Below the pieces are notes generated by a model. It was not told where the DNA came from. It did not search any database and saw only the letters and a list, made by a program, of their open reading frames with translations. Position numbers and translations under genes: made by a program. Shown piece by piece: positions 38,701 through 52,446 of a stretch of 63,878 nt of DNA. Each line of letters opens with the position of its first letter. Within the stretch, counting starts at the first letter, position 1. Origin of the DNA: Paraspadella gotoi (lineage: Eukaryota > Animalia > Chaetognatha); the NCBI GenBank assembly GCA_051294375.1, contig CM119267.1, positions 1,646,268-1,710,145 on the forward strand. The letters are read 5' to 3'.

Positions 38701-41700
38701 TAGTGCGCGATCACGCCATCATCGCTCTGCATCAACCTCTCATAACACTCTCGCTTGCAACTTACCAACTACCCATGCCCTCTCTCACCGTTCAGTGCCT
38801 CTCATCCTCTCCCTCACCTCCTCTACTCTCCCCTCATTTCCCATCCATCTCTCCCTTCTCTCTCACACCAAACTCTCCCTCGCACTTCCACTGCCTCCGC
38901 TCCTCCTCCCGATCTCCGATCTCTCCTCTCGCGTACGCCTCTCTCTTCACACCCGCAACATCCCTGCGCCGACTGTCCACTCCTCCCTCCTCCTCCTCCT
39001 CCTCCTCTCTCCTCCTCCTTCCTTACTGCCCAGCAGCCAGCCACCGTGCGATTGTGCGGCGCTGGACGAAGCAGGCCAGCGTTCCCCAGTGATCATGGCT
39101 CGAAGGATCGATCGTGCCGCTTAACGATATCAGCAGGCCGGCGCGTGCCAGCGCCCGCCGAGGGCGCCGATCAGTGAAGCCGCCATCTGGAGGAAAATGC
39201 GTTGACGAGAATCGCAAAACGGAACTACTACGAGGGCGGTAAGGTATCGCGCGAATGGGTATCTCCTCGAGCGCATGGTAGACGAAATGGCGGAGAGGGA
39301 AGCGGGGAGTCGTTGAAGAGAGAGAAGAGAAGACGGAGACGTCTGGAGACGCCCGGCCAGCTCGATCTAGGATCGCGTTCAGGTAGGTTTGTAATTCTGA
39401 ATTCGGGAGGGAAAATTGCGAATGTTTGTCTTGTTTTGTTGTTTGTTTAAGTTGTAATAATAACCTTAATGCTTAACTATTTTAAGCTTATAAATATGAG
39501 CTTAATCTAATTTCTAAGTTGATGTGAAGTAAATCGTAACACCACTTTAATACTAACTTTCACTCTCCTGTCACCACCTTACACTAACCCTTTCAATTAT
39601 TCTAACGCTTCTGCTAACTACACACACCTTATCCTAACTTTTACTTGTAACATAGTGAGCGATGCCTAACCTTTAAGTTAAAGATGCATACATACCTTAA
39701 TCTACACTTTAACAGTTGTAATCACATACCTCTACTCGCTAACTTTTAAGTTGTATAATAACCTTATGCCTACTTTTAAGTTAGTGAAAATAGATAACCT
39801 ATAATCTAAGTGTTTAAATGCTTTTTAATCAAAGTCTATGCAAAAAGAAAAAACTACAAATGTTTAAAACACTTTAGCTTTATATATGAAATAATGGCTT
39901 CCCGTGTGCTTATCTTCGTACGAGGTAAATACTTAAAACTATTTTCACTTTCATATTCCTGCTCACATAGCTCACATTTACCAATAATCTAATATTGCTG
40001 AGGAACTTCTATTTTTTCAACACCGTTGCCGCCCAATGAGTAGCGGATGACATGAGCACTAGTTCGACGCTAGATACTAATTCGAGATTCCAGCCATCCA
40101 TCAATTTAACACAGCATTCGTCCTCCAAATCCTCTCCACCCACCTCAATTATCGCCCAGCCCCAGTCCCAGAGCCCGCTCTAGGTCGCGCCAGACATCCA
40201 TCTCGTTCCTACATCTTCTTGGTCCGCTTCAACTTCCCCAATTCTGGCAAGGCGACCGACTTCGTTAGCACGGACGTCTTGACGCCCCACGGTTCGCCGA
40301 TCCAGGCGACGTCGGGTCCAGGCCCACGCCCATCAGCCAGGCGAAGGGCGTGAAGGCGTAGCCGACGAGCGAGAATTGAGGCTGAGTTCTTGGTCGACGA
40401 GAGGACCTCGCGGATCTCCACCAGTTCCGCCGAAGTATGCTGCAGGAGAGGAGGAGGAGGAAGATGAAGACTCTCGTGCGTCGGAATGAGGAGGAGGGAA
40501 GAGGAGGAGGAGGAAGAGAAGGAAGAAGAATAGGAGACCAGGAGAAGGATTGAACAGAAGAGAAGGCAGGAGATAGACCTTACACAACAAGCAAAATACA
40601 TCTTACTGACAGAGGGGCGTTGGCGAAGGCGGACTAAAGAGAGGATGAAGGCTATGAGATTGGCCGGCGATGCCGGCGACGAGCGCACCGCGTTCGAGCG
40701 GCCCGTCGACGCGCCCTCCAGGATGTTGTCTGTAGGGACTGCTGAATCATATGCCTCAAACCATCGGCGAGGTCGGTCGTAGGACTTTTCGTTCCGGTAG
40801 AAAAAGCTGAATGGGCGAATTTTGGGAGCAATGGCAGGGTAGGGGTAATGGATAGAGGATGAAGGAGGGTAGGTAGGGTAGAGGATGAAGGAGTAGGTAA
40901 GGAATGAGAGACGGAGGGTAGGGGTATAGGATAGAGGATGAAGGAGGGTAGGGTAAGGTAGAGGAGGGGTAGGGTAAGTAGAATGAAGGAGGGTAGGGGG
41001 TAAGGAATAGAGGATGAAGGAAGGGGCTTTTTACGAGGATGCGTACAGTAGGTGTAGGTAGGTCGTAAGTTTCTGGCGAATATAGGGTCAGCTCTATCTT
41101 GGATGGATTGTGAATTAAATTTTTGTGTGTGTGCGGTAGAGTAATCGTATTTTTTTTTTCTGTAAAGAATTGAATTTCACTATTCGATTAATAATTTCAC
41201 GGCAGCCTGCCCACCTTGATCTTCCCCCACACCGCGTTCTCGCTCTTCCCTTCAACCTCCCGCCCCCGCCAAAATAAAACCTTTGCCATTGCCAATGGCG
41301 CCTGGCGCGGAATGATGGAGGCCGCAGCAGAAGATGAGAGGCCGGTCGACGCCGAACGCGATGTAGGCGCCGAGAGTCGATCCGGCGACCGTCTGCCATG
41401 CGGAAAGTGAGGACGGCGTGGAATCTCGGATCGGGGTCATGTCGCCGAGAAAGGGACCGGATGAGCAGGAGGCGCTTCGCTCTGATGATGAAAGACGTTG
41501 GAGACGGGCGACGAGGGATCTCGGCCGCGGTGGTTGTGCCCATGACGCCAGGGCCATAACACCCTCAGAGACTGGGTCGTTGTAACGGGAAGGTATCGAG
41601 TCATTGGCTATAAGGCTAACCAAGCTTTCAGGAATTTTCACGGGACAGCGATGCGAGGTGCAGGCGGGGTTGATTAGATATGGTAAGTAGTGAAGTTGCG

Positions 41701-41762
41701 TAAAGTAACTGATCATAGACTGTTTTAATGACTTGTAACGGGAGTGCGGGGGCCGACCCCTT
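35738..41762 (-). other. Inverted re-copy of ~18445-22900 (SLC28 exons 6-9 and 3' flank); probable artefact
   Basis: Reverse-complement exons at ~41281-41575, 40606-40808, 40190-40440 and 39020-39398; 36460-36760 matches ~22440-22740; noise rises toward the 25-N gap at 35713-35737. Confidence 0.88.
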
Positions 41763-43246
41763 TTATGGCGTCAAAGGAGGTTGGGGCGGACTTCCTGTTT
41801 TACGCAAAGGGAACTCATTTCACCGGGGGATTTTGGGAGTTGTGAATGCCATAAAACTCCATATAACTGTTTGAAGAGTTCATGCCTATCTCAAACGTTC
41901 TCCTTGCGTATTCCTTCGGTACAGCAGATTCCAGGGCCTGCAATCTTTTGTGGAAACCGACAGTTAGGATGTCTTTGGTTTGTTCTCCATGACCGCTTCA
42001 CTTGCCTTTACGAGCATAGTAGCCGCTCACCCGCACAGGCATCTTCACACGAAGTTGTCAGGCGATTCACTATCCCGCCTCCTTACTCGCTCAGTCTCTG
42101 CAGATCACAATTGTGGGACGCAACATTTGTTCGGAGGAGATTATGATCCTCTCTTTCTTTCTCGCGCAATCTCCGGCAATAACAATAAATTTAACAACCC
42201 CGATATAAATTTATATGATTTCTCCACTTTATGGACACAAATCGACTCTAAGCGATTTCCTTTTTTTGACTCAGAAAAAAAAAGGGGGAAAGAAAAGAAA
42301 AGAAAAAGAAAATGAAAAAGAAAAATAAACAGAAAAAGAAAAAGAAAAAGAAAAAGAAAAAGAAAAAGAAAAGCCTCGTATTTCTTCTATCGGCGAAGCC
42401 CAAACGTTGTCATCAATATCCTCGTCGACGGACGACTTCGCCAGAAGCTGCAAGAAAATAAGCAAGGAGGCGATTCGACGACGCTCTTGGATAGACAATT
42501 TGGTCGTCGTCGTCGTCGTCGTTGTCGTCGTCTTCGTCTATTTTGTCTCGCGCCATGCAAATGGTCGTTTAAGGCGAAATGGCCGCTCATAGTCATAACC
42601 ATAACAGGAGAGAGACAAACGCTTCTTTTTCTTCAAAAGGAGAGGGAGGCGTTGTGGAGGCGATTCCAAGCGCGGGGGAGGGGAAGAGGAGAGAGGGAGG
42701 AAGGNNNNNNNNNNNNNNNNNNNNNNNNNNNNNNNNNNNNNNNNNNNNNNNNNNNNNNNNNNNNNNNNNNNNNNNNNNNNNNNNNNNNNNNNNNNNNNNN
42801 NNNNNNNNNNNNNNNNNNNNNNNNNNNNNNNNNNNNNNNNNNNNNNNNNNNNNNNNNNNNNNNNNNNNNNNNNNNNNNNNNNNNNNNNNNNNNNNNNNNN
42901 NNNNNNNNNNNNNNNNNNNNNNNNNNNNNNNNNNNNNNNNNNNNNNNNNNNNNNNNNNNNNNNNNNNNNNNNNNNNNNNNNNNNNNNNNNNNNNNGAGAG
43001 AGAGAGAGAGAGCAAAGGAAAGGAAAGTAAATTACAGAAAGAGGAAGTGACATTCGAAACAAAAAAAATATTGAAAAGAAAACATTTTTTTATCCTTGAA
43101 AAGGAAAAAAACAAAACAAAAACAAAGAAACGAAAAACAAACAGGAAATCGAAATAGCGAAAGAAAATTTTGTCAAAGGATTTTTAAATCATTATAAATG
43201 TTTGTTTATAGAAGAAGATAATTCTTTCGATGGAAATCAAAGGATT

Positions 43247-43288
<42 letters not shown>

Positions 43289-43289
43289 A
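43247..43289. repeat. (GGC)n microsatellite
   Basis: Direct reading. Confidence 0.95.
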
Positions 43290-44414
43290 TCGATGGCATA
43301 GTATCTTCGATTGAACACGGGCAGAAATTTTCTAGCAAAACGAGTCGAAATAACTATTAGATCATTTACGAACAGGAAAGTGATCGAGAACATCTCACTT
43401 TGCTATATCTCGAAGGAGGAGGCGATGGAGGAGCAGGAGGAAAAGAAAAGAAAAGACAATTTTATTCTTTTTTCTTCATCGGATTAAAAATCCCTTTTTT
43501 TCATTTTAAATACGAAAATTCTTTTTTTTCTCATGAATTTTTCTTCTTTCCTTTTTTTTTAAATTAATGTTTTTTCTTTTTTATTTATTATTTTTTTCTT
43601 TTCTCTTATTTCAAATATTCTCTCGTCTTTTTCTCTTTAATCCTCATACTGTTTTTTCTTTTTCTTTTTCTTTTCTTCTTTCCTTATTTTCACCTTTGAT
43701 TCTATGAAAATTAAAAATCAGACAAAAAAATATAAAAACAAAAAAGAATCTGAGATATAATCTCTCTTTTAAATTACGGTCAGAAACACTGATTTTTAAT
43801 TTCAGTTCCAAGTTAATTAAACAAACGAATCATTTCAGACTTTTTTTTTATCTTTACATCTTTTTGATTCCTTCTCTTTTTTTTCTCCAAGACTCAATAT
43901 ATCCTATCTCCTTTTTTCCTCTCTTCTCTTTTCCTCTCTCCTTTTTTCCTCTCTCCTTTTTTCCTCTCTCCTCCATCCATTTTTCCTTTAATGCTTCCGA
44001 TTCACTCCCTCTTCCTCTCCTCCTCCTCCTCCTCCTCCTCCTCCTTCTCCTCCTCCTCCTCCTCTTCCTCCTCCTCCCAATTTACCTCATTTCGTTTATC
44101 TTTCTTTCTCATCTCAGTTTCGGTTGTTGCCTCCTTTCTCGTCGTCGTCGTCGTCGTCGTCGTTATCTTTATCGTCTTCGTCGTCTTCGTTCTTGTTGTT
44201 ATGGTTGTTGTTGTCGTCGTCGTCGTCGTCATCATATCTTTTTTTCAAAGTCGTTGTCATCTTTAGATCTTGTTATATCTTGTGATATCTTGTGATATCT
44301 TGTGGTAGAAATCGTAGAAATTTTTTCCCTCGAAAGTAAATTTTTAACAATTTTTATGTCATTTTACTTTTAAAAAATTATAAAAACGATTTTATTGGGA
44401 AAAACGTAAATCTT

Positions 44415-44586
44415 GTGATAGTGATAGTGATAGTGATAGTGGGAGTAATAGTGAGAGTGAGAGTGATAGTGAGAGAGATAGTGAGAGTGATAATGAGAGA
44501 GATAGTGAGAGTGATAGTAAGAGTGATAGTGAGAGAGATGGTGAGAGTGATAGTGAGAATGAGAGTGATAGTGTGATAGTGATAGT
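44415..44586. repeat. (GATAGT/GAGAGT)n hexamer repeat
   Basis: Direct reading. Confidence 0.92.
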
Positions 44587-44777
44587 CTTCATCGTCGTCG
44601 TCATCGTTGTCGTCGTCGTTGTCATCGTCGTCTCATAAGTTGACATCCTTTGACCTTAAACAAATACTCAATGTGTGCAGCACCAATTGTTAAAGTTGAG
44701 CTTTAATCCTCAGACAAGTTTGTAGTTTCAATTAGAAAGAGAAAATGTTTTTTAATTTTATCTTTTCGCGATTCCAT

Positions 44778-44936
44778 CTTTCTTTTTGATTTCCTCCCTT
44801 TCGTCTTCTTTCTTTTTGACTTCCTCCCTTTCGTCTTCTTTCTTTATGACTTCCTCCCTTTCGTCTTCTTTCTTTTTGACTTCCTCCCTTTCGTCTTCTT
44901 TCTTTTTGACTTCCTCCCTTTCGTCTTCTTTCTTTT
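44778..44936. repeat. 30-bp tandem repeat (TTCCTCCCTTTCGTCTTCTTTCTTTTTGAC), 5 copies
   Basis: Near-perfect copies. Confidence 0.95.
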
Positions 44937-45983
44937 CTCTCCCTCCTCTTCTTCCCCCTCTTTCTCCTCCCATTCTTACACCTCTTTCTTCCCCTCTTTC
45001 TTCTACTATGCCTTCGCTTCTTCCTCCTCCTCTTCCTCCTCTTTCNNNNNNNNNNNNNNNNNNNNNNNNNNNNNNNNNNNNNNNNNNNNNNNNNNNNNNN
45101 NNNNNNNNNNNNNNNNNNNNNNNNNNNNNNNNNNNNNNNNNNNNNNNNNNNNNNNNNNNNNNNNNNNNNNNNNNNNNNNNNNNNNNNNNNNNNNNNNNNN
45201 NNNNNNNNNNNNNNNNNNNNNNNNNNNNNNNNNNNNNNNNNNNNNNNNNNNNNNNNNNNNNNNNNNNNNNNNNNNNNNNNNNNNNNNNNNNNNNNNNNNN
45301 NNNNNNNNNNNNNNNNNNNNNNNNNNNNNNNNNNNNNNNNNNNNNNNNNNNNNNNNNNNNNNNNNNNNNNNNNNNNNNNNNNNNNNNNNNNNNNNNNNNN
45401 NNNNNNNNNNNNNNNNNNNNNNNNNNNNNNNNNNNNNNNNNNNNNNNNNNNNNNNNNNNNNNNNNNNNNNNNNNNNNNNNNNNNNNNNNNNNNNNNNNNN
45501 NNNNNNNNNNNNNNNNNNNNNNNNNNNNNNNNNNNNNNNNNNNNNNNNNNNNNNNNNNNNNNNNNNNNNNNNNNNNNNNNNNNNNNNNNNNNNNNNNNNN
45601 NNNNNNNNNNNNNNNNNNNNNNNNNNNNNNNNNNNNNNNNNNNNNNNNNNNNNNNNNNNNNNNNNNNNNNNNNNNNNNNNNNNNNNNNNNNNNNNNNNNN
45701 NNNNNNNNNNNNNNNNNNNNNNNNNNNNNNNNNNNNNNNTCTCTGGTTTTCCGCATCATTTCAGCTCCACCCACAAAGGAGCCGCCACTCCTACACTCGC
45801 TCCACCCGCAAACCCGACTGGAGCCGCGCTAATGTCCCGACTTCGAATAAGAAACGAAGGAAACTCAAAATACTTCGCTTCATTATAAGGTTATCTTTGT
45901 CTTAATTAATAAATAATATAAATATCATCCTGTAATAATAAAAATAAGCTATATTGTCTCCGGTATCACGTTTCAAAGAAATG

Positions 45984-46253
45984 TTTCAATTACATAAAAG
46001 GACGACTCCCCTTAAGTATTACATCGGAAATTTTAACATTCAATTACATAAAAGGAAGAATACCCTTAAGTTTTACATCGGGGAATTTTAACATTCAATT
46101 ACATAAAAGGACGACTTCCCTTAAGTATTACATAGGGGAATTTTAACCTTCAATTACATAAAAGGACGACTTCCCTTAAGTTTTAACATTCAATTACATA
46201 AAAGGACGACTCCCCTTAATTAAGTATTACATCGGGGAATTTTAACATTCAAT
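45984..46253 (+). repeat. ~55-bp tandem repeat (TTCAATTACATAAAAGGACGACTTCCCTTAAGTATTACATCGGGGAATTTTAACA), ~5 copies
   Basis: Contiguous copies without unique spacers. Confidence 0.92.
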
Positions 46254-48170
46254 CACATTGCCCGTTGCTGTTCAGACCGGTCGAAAAAGTCTCTCTCCAT
46301 TTCTTGTAACGTTTTTCGCTCTTGTTTACGTTATTATGATACAATTTATCTTGAAGGGAATAAATGAATCAAACTTTGAAGACCCGAAGAAATTCAGTAA
46401 AGTTGTTGTTGTTGTTGTTGTTGTAGTCATCGTCGTTGTATTTTTTATATTGGTTCTATTGCTGTCATTAGGGCTTCTTTGTCGGCTTATTGTTGTTGTC
46501 TTCGTCGTTGTCGTTATCGTCGTCTTGGTCGGTCAATAGTTTGAATTTTAGGAAATTCTAGACGGGTACACTAAAAATAAATAAATCCGTGACATGAAAT
46601 TTTTAAACGATTTGACAGATTTGTGATAAACATACAGATTTTTCTTTCAAAGATCTACATTTTTTGTACCAATTATATCCTACGTTTGGACACTTACTAT
46701 GTCTTGTCACAAACTATCAATTCCTTTCCTTACCTCTCTTTCAACTCTCTTTCCTTTTCTTCTCTTTCCTTCCTTCTCTTCTCCCACCTTTCTTCCCTTT
46801 CCTCCCCTCCTTTTCTCCNNNNNNNNNNNNNNNNNNNNNNNNNNNNNNNNNNNNNNNNNNNNNNNNNNNNNNNNNNNNNNNNNNNNNNNNNNNNNNNNNN
46901 NNNNNNNNNNNNNNNNNNNNNNNNNNNNNNNNNNNNNNNNNNNNNNNNNNNNNNNNNNNNNNNNNNNNNNNNNNNNNNNNNNNNNNNNNNNNNNNNNNNN
47001 NNNNNNNNNNNNNNNNNNNNNNNNNNNNNNNNNNNNNNNNNNNNNNNNNNNNNNNNNNNNNNNNNNNNNNNNNNNNNNNNNNNNNNNNNNNNNNNNNNNN
47101 NNNNNNNNNNNNNNNNNNNNNNNNNNNNNNNNNNNNNNNNNNNNNNNNNNNNNNNNNNNNNNNNNNNNNNNNNNNNNNNNNNNNNNNNNNNNNNNNNNNN
47201 NNNNNNNNNNNNNNNNNNNNNNNNNNNNNNNNNNNNNNNNNNNNNNNNNNNNNNNNNNNNNNNNNNNNNNNNNNNNNNNNNNNNNNNNNNNNNNNNNNNN
47301 NNNNNNNNNNNNNNNNNNNNNNNNNNNNNNNNNNNNNNNNNNNNNNNNNNNNNNNNNNNNNNNNNNNNNNNNNNNNNNNNNNNNNNNNNNNNNNNNNNNN
47401 NNNAGAGAGAGAGAGAGAGAGTTGACAAAACTCGTAAAAAAGGATAATAAATTTTTTTTAGTTGTTGAATTGGAGAAGAAGGAAGAAAACCAACGGAGAA
47501 AAACCAAAATAAAACAAAAAAGAATCGATGCCCGAATTTTTTCTTTTTTTTTCTTTCGTTTCTTTTTATTTATTTATTTATTTTCTCATTTTTTCTGATC
47601 AAAATTTTTTTCTTCTTTTATTCGACTTTTTAAAAATTTAAATCTAAAATGTTAATTCTTTTTCATTTTCTTCCTGAATTCAAAACTTTGGCTGACAAGC
47701 TTAATTGGCATTTTCAAGTTGCTTACCTTTTGCCATAAAGTTCTCTTACCTCTTCTTTTCTTTTTTAGCTAAATAATTTTTTTTTCATTTCCTTCATTAG
47801 ATCGAAGCCACGTCTTCTACCCACATCCCATTGCCCACAGCCTTCTGACCAAAGCCTTCTGACCACTTTGAGCGTCCCCATCTTTTTTTTTTACCCCTTT
47901 TATCTCTCTCTCTCTCTTCGCTTTCCTTCACTAATTTTTAATATATTTGAGTTCTAAGGTAGTAATTTAAAGACAAATATCTATCAAACCTTTAGATTTT
48001 CTTCCTCTCTTGTGAACTAATCATATTAGAGAGAAGCACAATACATACGTAATTCCGATTTATAAAATAATACTATACAAAAAACAACCGAACAAACAAA
48101 GACAAACAAACCCCCCCCTCCAAAAAAAGAGCTGGAAACTGATCGAATGCGCACCCTCCTCATCTCCGCC

Positions 48171-48483
48171 GCCAATTGAACTTTTTACCTCGCGACTCCT
48201 TTCAAAGGGTGAGAACACTCGGGATCACTGTGGGGAGGGTAAGCTCAAAAGAGAGGGCGCTGGGGTGAGGAAGAACGCTCGAAGTTGCAATTTATATAAA
48301 GAGTGTGACTTATGATTCTCTCAATCGAAAACGAAACATACTCATAATAAATTGAGAGAGAAAGCGTATTGAAATAACAACGACAACAACGAACGACGAA
48401 TGGTGAAATTGCGTTTGCAAGTCAAGAGGGTGAAGATAAATGCTATGGAGACCCCCCGGAGCGGGGGGTTGACTAATATAGTG
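48171..48483 (+). promoter_or_regulatory. Possible TATA promoter and first exon
   Basis: GCCAAT at ~48171, TATATAAA at 48293-48300, ATG at ~48400 with an open frame to a GTG|GTGAGT donor at 48484. Confidence 0.3.
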
Positions 48484-49389
48484 GTGAGTCACTTCGTCGA
48501 GGAGGAATTTTATCGAGGGATCAAAATTATACGTAATTAATAAAATATTAATAATTGATCATTTTGTTTTTAAAATCTCTCGTCGGCTTCTTTACTACAG
48601 TCTCTCTCTCTCTCCTCTCTACTCTCCTCATCTCCTCTCACTGAACTCGAGACCTCACCGCAAGCTTCCTCTTTGCTTCTTCATTCTTCTGTCATCCGCG
48701 TTTAATTACCTTTTTTATGCTTTTAAAATCGCCCTCTTTTGTTTTTGTGTCGCCACCCACTTATAACTCCTCCTCCTCTGTCTCCTCATCTCCCTCTCTC
48801 CTTCTCTCCCTTCTCTCCTTCTCCTCACTCTCTCATTCTCTTCACCCCTCTCCCTTCTCCTCTCTCGACCTCTCTCTCTCTTTCCGGCATACTCTTCTCT
48901 CGTCTCTCTCTCTCGGGATTNNNNNNNNNNNNNNNNNNNNNNNNNCCCCCCCCTTCTGTCTGGCACCACCTGATGCCAGTTGAAGAGGATCTCCTTAATC
49001 CTCTTCTTTTCTTCTTCTTTTTTGTTTATTTTGTTTTGTTCTTTTGTTCGTCGGTGGCGCCTCTCGCGGCGTTTCGAGGCGACTTCCGGTGATTTGGTCG
49101 TCGAAATCAGATTCGAAGCGAGAAAATGGGGAATTAAATGGGGAAAGATGAGAGAAGAAATGGGGACTGAAATGGGAAAGAGATATATAGCCCGTTAGCC
49201 AAATCCACTGATACGAAAGAAAAAATTAATGATACGCAAACGATACGCCAATAAGAAAAATTTATAATACCATTTGAAAGAAAAACCAATGACGTTTTTA
49301 AAAAGTTCAAAATATTGCTTAAAAACGCTTTAAAAAATTCTCAAAATGCTATCCAAACCAGTAAAAAAAAATCTTAAAAGGAGAGTGAT

Positions 49390-49910
49390 CTCGCCAGACG
49401 GCACTATCAAGGAATAGTTCGTACGGGCGAAACTCCATCTCCAGTCTCATTTTATTGATGAATTATTTTCGCCGGAGTTCGGCCATAACCTGTTCCGCGC
49501 CACAGTGCGCATTTATTATATGAACGCTTAAGATTAGGCGATGAACATTTATATTTTTGTAACTAAGTAGTAAGTACCATGGGGTGACGAGTTCCGTAGT
49601 CAAGATCTGCTTTTCCAATTCGGCCGCCGACTCGAAAGACGCCCTCGTCGTCAAGAAATGGATTGAACTGTTGAAGAGGCGAGGTTTGAAATGGATTGAA
49701 CTGCTGAAGAGGCGAGGTTTTCATCAGAAGCTCAGTTGTTGATGCTCTTGCGTCATGACATATTCTAACCTTGTTTTTGTCCGCGCTAAACACAACAAGT
49801 AGAGGAAGTATCCAAATAAGGATATCGGGATCGGGAACATCATTTACACGACGCTTCGAATGTTTGATATTGCGGGCGTAAAATACTAAAGATATTTCAC
49901 AATCGGTCAT
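49390..49910 (-). mobile_element. Internally deleted BEL/Pao LTR-retrotransposon pol remnant
   Basis: WILPLLVVFSADKNKVRICHDARA resembles the Pao RT motif WYLPHHxV..KxRxVFDAS. SPLQQFNPFLDDEGVFRVGGRIGKADLDYGTRHPMVL and VH..NAHCGAEQVMAELRRK resemble the Pao linker and integrase Zn-finger region. Confidence 0.85.
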
Positions 49911-50023
49911 GACTCAACCTTTAAACTTTAAACTTTTAAACATTTTATGATATTAATCGATGAGTAAAAAAACAATTTTGATCGTGAGTTTATCAACTAA
50001 GAAATAAAATAAAACGCGTTACG

Positions 50024-50105
50024 TTAGATGTTTCATTTCAAATACAGTTGATAAAATTAAAACTTAGATGTTTCATTTCAAATACAGTTGATAAAATTAA
50101 AACTT
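50024..50105 (+). repeat. Perfect 40-bp tandem duplication
   Basis: TTAGATGTTTCATTTCAAATACAGTTGATAAAATTAAAAC x2. Confidence 0.9.
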
Positions 50106-50710
50106 GTCAGAATGAGTTGAGTTTGCGTATATTACTTTTTTCATCGCCAGAAAATTTGATTCAAAATTATTCTTTGTGCTAAATATCGACTGAGAGTTTT
50201 TCATGGAAAATGAGATTTTGTTTCAAAAAATGTGAAGGTTTAAGTTAAATATTCAAGTAAAACTTATTTGACTATAATTTCACACGAAATTCGTTTCTCT
50301 TTGAGTTTAGTATCGAATAATGAAAGCGTAATGAAAGCAAAATAATAACTCTCCATTTTGAGTTTCTTATTAATATCAAGAACATTAACTACATTCAGTA
50401 CATTACTCTCTGGGTAAAGTTCTTTCGAGGCGAAGTCCCCCGAGGACTGACCCCTCGTTAGCCCACTCCTCCTCCTCCTCCTCCTCCTCCTCCACCCCCT
50501 CTTCAAGCCTAGAGGTCATCCCTGGGTGACCCTCGTCTCCGGCGGAGGTCAACCTCGCATTTTCAAGGTCATTAAAGGTCATTTTTTGGGGCGCCGTCGG
50601 CATCGACGCCAACCAACGCCCACGTCCATGTGGGATTCCATTGCGTTGTCTGGCTGCCATCACCATAAAAAACTCTGCTCTCTCTTCGTATCTCTTCTCA
50701 TCTCTTTCTC

Positions 50711-50746
<36 letters not shown>

Positions 50747-51856
50747 CTCTCCTCTCTCTCTTCTCTCTCTCTCTTCTTACATTTCTTTTCTCATTAAATC
50801 TAATTTTCCAAATTATCCCTTTCCCTATTCCCTTTCTTATCGAATATTCGGTCTTCAGGCTGGAAAGACCTCGCCGGAGGAAGAGAGAGAGAAGCAGAGA
50901 AAGGCAGNNNNNNNNNNNNNNNNNNNNNNNNNNNNNNNNNNNNNNNNNNNNNNNNNNNNNNNNNNNNNNNNNNNGGGGGTAAAAAGGCCATTTTGCCTTT
51001 TCCTTCGCCGTCGTTGGTTAACGACTGAGGATCTCAAAAATGGTTCTTTTTATTAGCTTTTCTGACCGTTTCCATGTTGACCCCATGACCCCAAGTTGGC
51101 GCCATCTCCGGTGNNNNNNNNNNTAATGAAAGTGGGATTGAAAAAGATATATTAAAACCGAATAATTTAAAGTAAATAAGGAAAAACTACTCAAGAAACT
51201 TAAGAAGTGTTGAGAATAAAATCTAAGCAAAATAAAAGCAGATCACAATAAAAGCAGAGCAGAATAAAAGCAGAGCAGAGTAATAGAATCTTAACTTTTC
51301 GAATTTTGACGCAACTAAACCGAATTTTTCAGATATTAAGATTTATTTTTTTCTTAAGATATATTTTTATCTTAAGATTTATTTTTATCCTAAGATTTAT
51401 TTTTATGGGTCGATAGATTTTTTTTTTTAGGTCAGAGGTCAAAGATTATGAGAAATTAGTGACCCTTCTAGCAATGAGATACATAGGAGCGATAGGAATA
51501 AACAGAATCGATAGGAGCGAATTGAAAGGAAGGAAATAAAAAGAAGAAAAAAGAATGAAAAAGAAAAAAAAAGGGAAAAAAGGAAAAACGTGTTGAACTG
51601 TAAATGAGAATCATTTATGCACAAAACGTGGGACGCGAAAAGAAAGAAAAAGAAAGAAAAGGAAAGAAAAAGAAAAAGAAGAAAGAAAAAGAAAAAAAAG
51701 AAAGATAAACAAGAAAATGAAAAGAAATCAGAGAAAGAAAGAAAAAGAAAGAAAAGAAAAGAAAATAAAAACAAGAAAGAGAGAAAAAAACTGTTTCTTA
51801 CTTCGATTTTGACTCAACCAAACGGAATGACATCCATTACCGGAGAAAAACAAATC

Positions 51857-51911
51857 GCTCTCTCTGCTCATTCCTCTCTCTTCTCTCTCTCTCTCTCTCT
51901 CTCTCTTCTTA

Positions 51912-51951
<40 letters not shown>

Positions 51952-52037
51952 CCTCTCTTCTCTCTCCTCTCTATCTCTCTCCTCTCTCTCTCTCTCTCTC
52001 TCTATCTCTCCCTCTTTCTTCTCCTCTCCTCTCTCTC

Positions 52038-52071
<34 letters not shown>

Positions 52072-52446
52072 CTCTTTCCTCTCTCTCCTCTCTCTCTCTT
52101 CTTCCTTCTCTCTCTCTCTCTCTCTGCTCTCTCCTCTCTCTCTCTCCCGCGTATTCTCTCTCTCGCTCTCTCGTCTCTCTCATCTATCTCTCTCTTCTCT
52201 CTCTCTCGATCTCTCATCTCTCTCTACTTTCTCTCTCTCGGCTCTCCTCTGTTCTCTTCTCTCTCTACTTCTCTTCTTCCTCTCTCTCATCCTTCTCTCT
52301 CTCTCTCGTCTTCTCCTCTCTCTCTCCTCTTTCCTCTCTCCTTCTCCTACTCCTCTCTCTCTCTCGTCTCTCTCCTCTCCTCTCTCTCTTCTCTCTCTCT
52401 CTTTCTCTCTCTCTTCTCCTCTTTCTCTCTCTCTCTCTTCTCTCTC
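51857..52446. repeat. Long degenerate (CT)n tract
   Basis: Direct reading. Confidence 0.95.

Noticed and set aside
44758-44936. KKKEDEREEV coding repeat on the minus strand
   Set aside because: No start, splice context or homology, and it lies next to a gap.
45984-46253. CRISPR-like array
   Set aside because: Plain tandem repeat without spacers.
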